This document shows positions 55,589 through 64,000 of a stretch of DNA of 64,000 nt, piece after piece. The position numbers and the translations under genes are program-made. Below the pieces are notes generated by a model. The model was not told the DNA's origin and searched no databases. It worked only from the letters and a program-made list of their open reading frames with translations. Position 1 is the first letter of the stretch, and every line of letters begins with the position of its first letter. This DNA is from an uncultured delta proteobacterium (GTDB lineage: Bacteria; Myxococcota; Myxococcia; Myxococcales; Myxococcaceae): contig CAVYSY010000026.1 in the NCBI GenBank assembly GCA_963771175.1, positions 1-64,000 of the forward strand, read 5' to 3'.

Positions 55589-56784
55589 CTACAGGGCGCG
55601 GAGGACGAGCGCCTTGAGGTACTCGGTCTCCGGCAGGCCCGCCGAGCACCGGGTGGTCGAGCCCCGCGCCGCGCCGCTCGAGGATCTGCACCGGCCGCTT
55701 CGCGTCCGCGGCGGCCGAGAGCACCATCTCCTCGAAGGCCTCGCGCGCCAGCTTGCCGGAGCACGAGCAGGTGACGAGCAGCCCCTCGGGGCGCAGGCAC
55801 TTGAGGGCGCGCAGGTTGAGCTCGTGGTAGGCGCGCAGCGCGGTGGTCAGCCCCTCGCGCCGCTTGGCCAGCCCCGGCGGGTCGAGCACCACCGTGTCGA
55901 AGCGGCGGCCGGCCTCGGTCGAAGCGGCGCAGCACGTCGAAGGCGTTGGCGTTGCTCCACCGTGACGTTGGCGCGCCCGTTGCGCGCGGCGTTCGCCCGG
56001 GCGCGCTCGGCGGCCTTCGCGTCCTGCTCCACCGCGAGCACCGAGTCGCAGCGGCGCGCCGAGCGCCAGCGCGAAGCCCCCGTGGTAGCTGAAGAGGTCG
56101 AGCGCCTCGCCCCGGCGCCAGCTCGCCCGCGCGCAGGTGGTTGTCCACCTGGTCCAGGAAGGCGCCGGTCTTCATGTCCTCGAGCAGGTCCACCTCGAAG
56201 AGGTTCTCCCCCTCGTGGTAGCTGAAGCGGGCGCTCGCCCTGGCCGTGCAGCAGCCGCACCTCGCGCGGCAGGCCCTCGAAGTCGCGGCCCGAGGCGTCG
56301 TCGCGGCACACCACGTGGGTGGCGCCGGTGAGCTCGGCCAGCGTGCGCGCCAGCGCACTCCTTGCGCGCGTCCATGCCCTCGGAGAGCGTCTGCAGCGAT
56401 GAGGCCCGCGCCGTAGCGATCGACGAAGAGGCCCGGGCAGCAGGTCCGCCTCGCCGTGCACCAGCGCGCAGGCCGTCCCGGTCGCGCAGCGGCGCGCGCC
56501 TCGCGAGGGACAGCTCCAGGCGGCGGCGGAAGAAGGCCTCGTCCACCGGCTCCTCGGCGGCGCCCTTGCGGGTGAGCAGGCGCAGCGCGAGCGGCGAGCG
56601 CTGCGCGTAGAAGGCCTGGCCGATGGGGTTGCTCTGCGGGTCCACCACCGGCACCACCGCGCCGCGCTCCTGCGTCGTCGGGCGGCTCCAGCAGCTCGGT
56701 GCGGTACAGCCAGGGGTGGCCGCGGCGCAGGGCCTTGGCCCCCTTGGGAGTCACGCGGGCGGTGGGCTGGGAAGAACGGGCCAT
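55589..56784 (-). CDS. RlmI/RlmK-type SAM-dependent rRNA methyltransferase, frameshifts
   Basis: PUA-like RRGHPWLY, HGEADL, KTGAFLDQ, VLDPPG, LVTCSCS, EYLK. Confidence 0.85.
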
Positions 56785-56795
56785 GGTCTCTTGTG

Positions 56796-57994
56796 TCACT
56801 CCAGCCCGCGGGCGGCCAGCTCGTGGTCGTCCTCGCCGCGCAGGTGCCCCACCTCGTGGAGCAGCGTCACCCGGATCTGCTCGCGCAGCTCCTCCCGGGA
56901 GCGCACCGCGCGGGCGAGGTTGAGCCGGTAGAGGGCCACCGAGCGGCAGGGCGTCTCCGAGCCGTCGCACGGCTCGTCCAGCGGCGGGCCCCGGAAGAGG
57001 CCGAGGATGGCCGGCGACAGCGGCGGCTCGCCGGAGAGCAGGTCTTCGTCCGCGGGCAGCTCCTCGGCGCGCACCGGCACCCCGGCGAGGTCCTCGCGCA
57101 TGTCCGCGGGGAGCGCGAGCCACCGCCTGGGCCACCTCCTCGCGGAACTCCGCCTCGGAGGGCGTGGGCGGCACGGGGAAGTCCTCCGGCGAGAGGCTGC
57201 GCGCCTTGTCGAAGTGCACCTGCGCCTGCTTCCACTTGCCCTCGCGCTCCAGCAGCAGCCCGAGGTGGTAGTGCGCGTGCGCCCCGCGCTCCGGGTCGTT
57301 CACCAGCCCGCTGAAGGCCGCCTTGGCCTCGGCGAAGCGGCACAGCTCGAAGAGGGCCAGGGCCTTCTCGTAGCGCGGCCTCGTGGTTGTTCGGCTCGCG
57401 CGCCAGGACGAGCGAGGCGTGCGAGAGGGCCTCGCTGGCCTGCCCCAGGTCGTTCAGCGCCATGGCGGCCACCAGGGCGAAGCGAGGCAGCATCTCCGGC
57501 GACACGTCGGGCTGGGAGAGCCCGCGCTCGGCATAGAGGGCGCCCAGCTCGTCGTACTCGCGGCTGGAGGGGAGCTGCACGGCGTACAGGTGCGCCGCGC
57601 CCAGCAGCGCGTCCGGGTGGCCCGGGTCGATGGCCAGCGCCCGGGCATAGGCCACCTGCGCCTCCGCCGTGCGGTCGAGGGCGGCCAGCGCCTCGCCGCG
57701 CGCCGCGTGGGCGGCGGCCGAGTCCGGCTCCAGCGCGGAGGCCTGGGCGGCGCAGGAGAGGGCCTCCGGGTACTTGCCCTCGTCGAGGAAGTCCAACGCC
57801 GCGTCGAGCGGGGCGGCCCCCTTCGCCCGGCAGGGAGGAAGGGGCTCGGGCACGGGGGTGGACGCGGTGGCGGGTACGGACGCGGCGGTGGCCGAGGTGC
57901 CCGCGTCGGAGATGGCCGACGTGGACGGAGGAGACGTCCGCTGACAGGCACCGAGGAGGAGGAGACAGAAGGCGAACGAACCGCGCCGGAACAT
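56796..57994 (-). CDS. Lipoprotein with TPRs and C-terminal minimal zincin domain, frameshifts
   Basis: LLGAC lipobox, TPR repeats, ILGLFRG, LYRLNL, TLLHEVGH. Confidence 0.8.
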
Positions 57995-58159
57995 GGGGGG
58001 CGCAGGCTACGGCATCGCTCGGAACACGGGAAGGAGTCTGATGCCTGCCCGTCTGGTGTCCCATTCCGCTTCTTCGAGCCGCGGCCCCTCTGAAAAGCAC
58101 CGAGGCCCGTCGTCGCCGTGCGGCGAGGACAGGCCCCGGGGGTGAAGCTCAACCTTCCG

Positions 58160-61100
58160 TCACATCTCCGAGGGGACGCACGCGTCCGTGTTGCCGTTGA
58201 TTTCGCGCACGTGCCGGCACGAATGCAGGCCCTGCGAGACAGGCAGCTCGTAGATGTACTGCAGCACGTCCATGTCGGCGGAGAGCTGCACCTCGGTGGC
58301 CTGCTGCTTGCCGGGCTCGACGAAGACGGCGCTGTACTTCACCTGACCCGTCTTCGACACCTGGATGGCGACGCCCGGCTCGGGCGGAGGCGCCAGCACC
58401 GCGCGATCCTGGTAACGGGCATACCCGGTCGTCCCGAGGAAGCCCGCCGCGCAGTTGGGAGCGCCGGTGAGGAAGTCCGCCTGATGAAGGCGGGCCAGGT
58501 TGCCGCCGCCGCCGGCGCAGGCCCCTCCCGACGAGGCACCGGGGTACATGGAGTTCCACAGTGCGCAGCTCGCCAGCACCGACGAGCCGCTGGCCGTCTT
58601 GTGGTCCATGGAGTCGTACTCGTAGAACCAACCCATGTCGTCCGTGCCGGCCACCACCTTCTTCGCATCGTTGGGGTTGCCGGGACACACCTTGCCGTCC
58701 GCGCACTTGCAGTTGCCCAGGGCGTCGCACTGCACGTTCGTCACGTCGACGAGGCTGCCCGTGCCCTTGAGCCCTCCGGAGTCGGAGAGCCGCAGCCAGT
58801 CGTAGTGCCTGGCCTTGTTGGTCGGGGTGGACGACGAGCCCTCCTCGAACATGCGGTCCTGGATGCCGCCGTAGACCCAGACACCGAAGTAGCGGTTCTT
58901 GCCGAGCACGGCGGCGGTGGACGTCGGATTGACGTCCAGGTCGTTCATGTTCAGCGTGTTGCCAGGGTCGCGCACGCGGCAGTCGAAGACGCCGTCGGCG
59001 TTCTGCCCGCAGTCCACCTTGGTCCGGGCGAACTCGTAGCCGACCGTCCCCTTCCCGGAGGACGTGGGGCAGGCCAGCGTATTGCGTTCCTCGAACTCGG
59101 CCTTGAGGAAGTCCGTGTCACCCGCCGTGCCGCAGAAGCTGGCGGGCGCGGTGCTGCCCCAGGGGGTGTACTTGCCTTGCTTGTAGGCCAGGTCCCCCCA
59201 CGCGTTGCTCATCCGCTGGTACTCGGTGTCGTTGCGCGTCAGCTTGTAGCCGACGGACGTCGTATCGCACCCCAGCTTGGAGCACGCCTGCGGGTTGTCG
59301 AAGCGGCAGGTGCCCGCGCCCTTCTCCAGCAGCGAGTAGCGGTTGCCCGTCCCGATGAAGGCGCGCAGGGCGGCGTTGTCCTGCTGCATCACCAGCGAGG
59401 GCAGGTAATAGAAGGGCGAGCGGTCGCTGATGCGCAGCGGGTCGGACGAGTCCTGACCGTCCCGATCCATCACGAAGGAGCGCCCGCCGCTCCAGTTCTT
59501 GATGAGCTTCGTGCTGCTGTCGAGCACACCCGGCTCGTAGAAGCGCAGCGTCCAGAGCTGGCCGCCCAGGTCACCCGCCACCGCGGTGTCGAAGAAGCCG
59601 TCGAACCTCGGCTGGCTGTTGGAGCCATAGTCCGCCATGGCCACCGGGGCCGCGAAGCCGTACGTCATGTGCTTGCGCGGCTCGTCGATGTCGCCGGAGG
59701 CGGTCTCCGAGAACTCCCACTTCCACAGCAGGTTGTCGCGGCGGCCGTTCACCGTGCCGTTCCACACGTCCACCATGTAGAGGCCGCGGCCCTTCTCACC
59801 GCCCGGCGACCAGCCGCCCGACAGCATCGCCACCCAGCGCTCGGAGCTCTTGCTCGCGCCCTTGCCATGGCGCTCCTGCCCCGTGAGCGTCGTGCCCGTG
59901 GGCGACTTCACCGTCTCCGGATCCAGCAGCACGGGGCCGATGGGCGGCGGCTTGGGGCTGAGGCTCACGAGCGTCTTGCCGAAGCGCAGCGCCTCGTCCG
60001 AGCACGGCTGCGGGAACATCCAGCGGAAGCCCGGCTGCGGCATCGCGTTCGTCACGTCCACGCCGTTGGAGTCCCAGAGCATCTCCAGGGCGAAGTAGTG
60101 CGTGCCGCCGCGACCCTCGGCCACCAGGGCCACGGTGCGGAACTCGTCCCAGCTCTTCTGCCCGTCGCCATTCTCGTCCGCCCAGATGTCGCGCACCATG
60201 ATGTCGCCGTCGACGTAGTAGGCGTGGCCCTGCAGCATCTCCTGCAGCCGCGACTGCATGTCCGCCGGGATGAAGGCCCACCGCTCCTTCGCCGCCACCC
60301 GTCGCGGCGCTCGGATACGCGATGTCGCACGAGGCGTCCTCCACGCCCTGGCCGTCGCTGAAGGCGTGCAGCATGCCGTCGTTGGCGCCCACCAGGATGA
60401 GGCGCTCGCGCTTGCGGTTGACGTACTGGTAGGCGTCGTACGCATCGCGCTCCAGCGTCTTGGAGATCTTGCACGACGTGCGCAGATCATCGCGCGGGAG
60501 CAGCTTCGTGGACTCCACGCCGGGTGTCCCCGTGGTGTCGTAGAGCGTGCGCACGCACTGGTTGCTGATGCCCAGGTCGCACAGGAACTTGTCCACCGGG
60601 GGATCCACCACCACCGGCGACGAGTGGAAGATGTCGCCCAGGGGGTTCGGCCGGGTGTCGAGGCGGTTGTTGTCCGCGTCCTCGTCGAAGATGTCCTGCC
60701 CGCGCACGTACTGGATGACCAGCGCCGTGCACAGCAGATCATACGCATCCTGCGTCGTCGGAGTGGCCGGCAGCCCCTTGAGGCCCGAGGAGACCATCAA
60801 CGCCGAAGCATCCAGGAGGCTCTGGTTCATGCGCTCCAGGATGAAGCCCGGCTTGAAGGTGGTACCGGAACCACTGGGACACAGCGGCGCCCCGCTCACC
60901 GCCAGGTACTGGCGGAGCTCGGTGATGTTGTCGAGGTGGAACTTGACGAGCGCGTCCTGGTTCGTCAGCAGACCGTCCTTGGTCCCGCCACCGCCCACGT
61001 TCCCGTTGTCCGTCACCGTCCAGATGTTGCGGTTGGCGTGCCCGAGCGTCTCGAGTTCCTTGCTCGCCTCCCAGAAGGGCTCGGCGTCAGCACCGAAGAC

Positions 61101-62753
61101 AGGCGTGCCGCCCGGGCCCCCATTCGGGGACAGCAGCTTGTGGTACTCGTTCATGCCGTCCTCGGCGACGACGCTGCCCGACTTGTCGATGAGGAAGATG
61201 TCGGCGCGGTCCCCGTCCTTGTTCTTGTCCGCGTCCTCGACGAACTCGTTGAACTGCTCGTAGCGGAAGAGCTTGCCCTGCCACGCCCTGCCCTTGGCGG
61301 GCAGCATGCGCGGGACGACCGCCGTCAGGGCCGCGCTCTGCGTCTGCAGCGTGCTGATGGCCGCGGTGGAGAAGGAGGTGTTGCGCGAGTTGATGTCGTC
61401 CAGGATGGTCAACATGACGCGCTTGAGCTCGCTAGTGCTGCGGGCCGGGAAGAACCTGCCGCCCCCCAGCTCCGCCGTCCGCTGCAGCAGCTTGCTGTCG
61501 GACACGTCCTCCGAGAAGCCGATGGTGTAGGTGGCCACGCGCTGCTGGCCCGGCATGTCCGCGCGCAGGTCCTTCTCCCACATGAACTTCGCCACCTTGT
61601 GCAGATAGCTCGAGGAGCAGCCCGTGCAGGTCGCCGGATCGTCCTTGATTTCCTTCGGCAGGGAGACCACGTCGCCCTCGTCGTAGGGCTCGCCGTCCGT
61701 CAGCAGGATGATGGCGTTGAAGCCGCACTCGAAGCAGACGGCGTCCGACGCGGAGAAGTCGCTGCTCGTCGGGAAGCTGGTGAAGTAGTTGGAGAAGGCC
61801 GAGGGACTCTTGGACTGGAAGAGGTAGCCGGCCGCGTAGAGCGCGTCCGCGAGCGGAGTGTTGCAGCTCCCCCAACCCAGGCCGTTGCTGTTGTTGGCGT
61901 TGACGTTGGTGAGCCCGTTGAGCACCGAGTTGCGGTTGTTCTCCACGGCGCTGTTGTCCAGCGGGAAGGACTTGGCGCACGTGGGGCCCATGGGCTGCTG
62001 CATGCAGAGACACTGCGGGCCGCCGGAGCCGCCCTTCGGGCCCCAGCACGTCTTCGCGTCACGGGTCTCGAAGCCCATGACGCCGAAGCGCACCTCGCGC
62101 AGGTCGCGCACCACGTCCGCCAGCACCTTCACGGCGCCCGAGTCACGCGGCGCGTAGTAGTTGAGGAAGTTGCCCTTCACCCGCCGGTTTTTGTCGTTCT
62201 GGATGTAGTAGCCCCGGTCGGCGAGGCAGGACTCGCAGGTGCCCTGGTCCGAGCCGATGCCGGGGATGCTCTTGCACGCGTCGGCCGCGCTCGTCCACGG
62301 AGCGGTCCAGGTCTTCCCGTCGGCCGGATTCTTGCCGAGGTACGGGCTGGCGCCGAAGAGGACGCCATACCCGTCCTTCGGCGCGTCGTAGTACTTCTCG
62401 TTGGCCCACCAGTCGTTGGACTGGGCGTTGAGGCCCGTCCACAGGCGGTCGTACGTCTCGGTCTTGTCGTACCCCAACCCGTTGAGGAAGGAGTCCGAGC
62501 AGCCCTTCGTGCTCGGCCAGGACTTCGGCCAGTTGTGCATCGAGCCGGAGGTGTCGATGACGAAGAGGATGTTGGGAGGCCCGCCTGGGCGCGAGAAGAA
62601 CTTCTCGTCGCTGCCCCGGGTCGGATTCATCAGGGCGTCCAGACGGGACGTGGTGGGCAGGCAGCAGGCCGCCTGATCAATCGCGGAGGCGGTGTCCGCC
62701 TGGAGCAACACCGCGGAGAGAGCAACGAGGCTGAGCGTCAGCTTGCGGAACAT
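58160..62753 (-). CDS. pilY1: PilY1-like type IV pilus tip adhesin with vWA-like domain, frameshift near 60300
   Basis: Signal peptide, ILFVIDTSGSM, IILLTDGEP, LGDIFHSSPVVV, VGANDGMLHAF, ERWAFIP, YYVDG, AGDLGGQLW. Confidence 0.88.
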
Positions 62754-62764
62754 GGCGCCTTTCC

Positions 62765-63262
62765 TCACAGACCGTAACGGAAGAGGAACTCGACCTCGGA
62801 CTCGCGGCCCGAGGAGGCTTCCTGACACTTGACGACGACGCGGTAGTACTGCCCACCCAGGGTGCCACCCCCACTGGCGGCCACGTTGGCGATGTCGCGC
62901 GCCTGCCGGTTGGCCGCGCCCATCAACGCCGGGCTCACCGCCACCACCGTGGCCTCCGCCTCGGTGCCGTAGTGGCCCGTGCGCAGGTGCGAGCGCTCAT
63001 CCGGATTGGGATCATCGATGAGCTTCGTATCGAGGATCTGCAGGTTGGTGGTCGCGCGGAACAGCTTCAGCCGCGACAGCAGGTGACGGCGTGCCGCGTC
63101 CGCGCAGGCGTTGACGCGATCGCCGCGCAGCTTCTCGGCCGTCGCCTCGCGGTTGTAGTTGGTGAACTGGATGGCGCCCCCCACCAAGCCCATCAGCACG
63201 GCGATGGCGATGAGGGTCATCATCAGGGCGTTGCCACGGGGAGCCCGCGTCCTGAGGTACAT
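62765..63262 (-). CDS. PilX-like minor pilin
   Basis: RG-NALMMTLIAIAVLMGLVGGAI prepilin-like N-terminus lacking Glu5; upstream of pilY1. Confidence 0.7.
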   Translation of the reverse strand: MYLRTRAPRGNALMMTLIAIAVLMGLVGGAIQFTNYNREATAEKLRGDRVNACADAARRHLLSRLKLFRATTNLQILDTKLIDDPNPDERSHLRTGHYGTEAEATVVAVSPALMGAANRQARDIANVAASGGGTLGGQYYRVVVKCQEASSGRESEVEFLFRYGL

Positions 63263-63267
63263 GATGT

Positions 63268-64000
63268 TCAACCTCCCCACGCGTTGAGACCAGATTCCTG
63301 GTCGCCAACCGGCGGGTTGAAAGCGGAGCGCGACATCAGGTTCGGCACGCGCACCGTCGTCGTCGTATTGGTCCGATAGAAGCCGTCGGCAGCCGTCGCC
63401 TCGCCCGAGTCCTCCAGACTCACGCGCTCGAAGGCGCGGCGTCCGTTGGGCTCGCGATTGGTGGAGCGCACGCCGATGCTCACGCGCACGGCGCGGATGT
63501 TGGCCGGGTGCCGGTTGTAGCGGGCGGCATTCTCGTAGGGCGTCTTGTAGGTGGGGGCCGGCGAGGCCGTCACATCCGGGAACCGGTCCTGGTCCACGCT
63601 GCCCATGTCCCCCATCACCCAGTTGGGCCCGCTGGAGCTCGCGTCCACGGCGGGCAGCGTCGAGAGCGTACCGGTGGGAGGCGGGCGGTTCATCAAGTAG
63701 GCCACCTGGAAGGACTCCACGTCCGCCACCAGCGGGACCGCGGTGGCCAGGTCCAGCTCGTCGAGGCTCTGGAAGGCCATCAGGAACGGGCGGCCGTCCA
63801 GGTTCATCACGCGGATGCGCACCTCGTGCAGGAGCAGGATGAAGGGCGCCTGCTCTCCCCCCTTGCCCAGGCACGCATCGTCCGTCGCGACCGTGGACAG
63901 GGCCGTGTCCACCGTGAGGCTGGAGGCCTGCGTGGCATCCTTGGCGACCCCGCCCGCTCCGGCCTTCACCACCAGGTAGCTCTCACCGCCCCTGCACGAG
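63268..64000 (-). CDS. PilW-like minor pilin (5' part outside window)
   Basis: LVADVESFQVAY, NIRAVRVSI, TTVRVPNL; position in the pilW-X-Y1 cluster. Confidence 0.7.
   Translation of the reverse strand, partial: SCRGGESYLVVKAGAGGVAKDATQASSLTVDTALSTVATDDACLGKGGEQAPFILLLHEVRIRVMNLDGRPFLMAFQSLDELDLATAVPLVADVESFQVAYLMNRPPPTGTLSTLPAVDASSSGPNWVMGDMGSVDQDRFPDVTASPAPTYKTPYENAARYNRHPANIRAVRVSIGVRSTNREPNGRRAFERVSLEDSGEATAADGFYRTNTTTTVRVPNLMSRSAFNPPVGDQESGLNAWGG

Overview
GC-rich myxobacterial chromosome segment; gene content, a MYXO-CTERM-like tail and a PilY1/minor pilin cluster suggest Myxococcales, probably Archangium/Cystobacter-like. Most of 14-64 kb is a minus-strand housekeeping backbone: pilW/pilX/pilY1, rlmI-like, rep/uvrD, rplM-rpsI, pilT, recX, bamD, FHA protein, selenocysteine-containing selD, amidase, rph, rdgB, six tRNAs, a solitary Bet-like recombinase, tig-clpP-clpX-prolyl oligopeptidase-lon, a peptide ABC cluster and yqgE-bolA-grxD. 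Many genes, including ribosomal proteins, are broken by small indels that look like long-read sequencing errors. Accessory parts: (1) an ATP-grasp RiPP (graspetide-type) cluster at 103-2473 whose 52-aa double-glycine precursor, core LASQGGTCSDCGDCDQ, is absent from the ORF track; (2) a 4.76 kb mosaic insert bounded by a 217 bp direct repeat of the rsmE 5' region, where the truncated rsmE copy overlaps (ATGA) a foreign AT-rich pentapeptide-repeat gene, plus IS21-family ends and gene fragments; (3) a small secreted Cys-rich toxin/immunity-like pair; (4) a decayed molybdopterin oxidoreductase gene beside a deacetylase/L,D-transpeptidase pair; (5) a ~10 kb metal-resistance block (chrA, czcCBA-like RND, His-tailed DMT) headed by a BlaI-family repressor and an M56 protease with a His/Cys motif, with two matching palindromic operators; (6) an extra FtsH with a sigma-54-type promoter. 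Family assignments come from motif recognition only; no searches were run.
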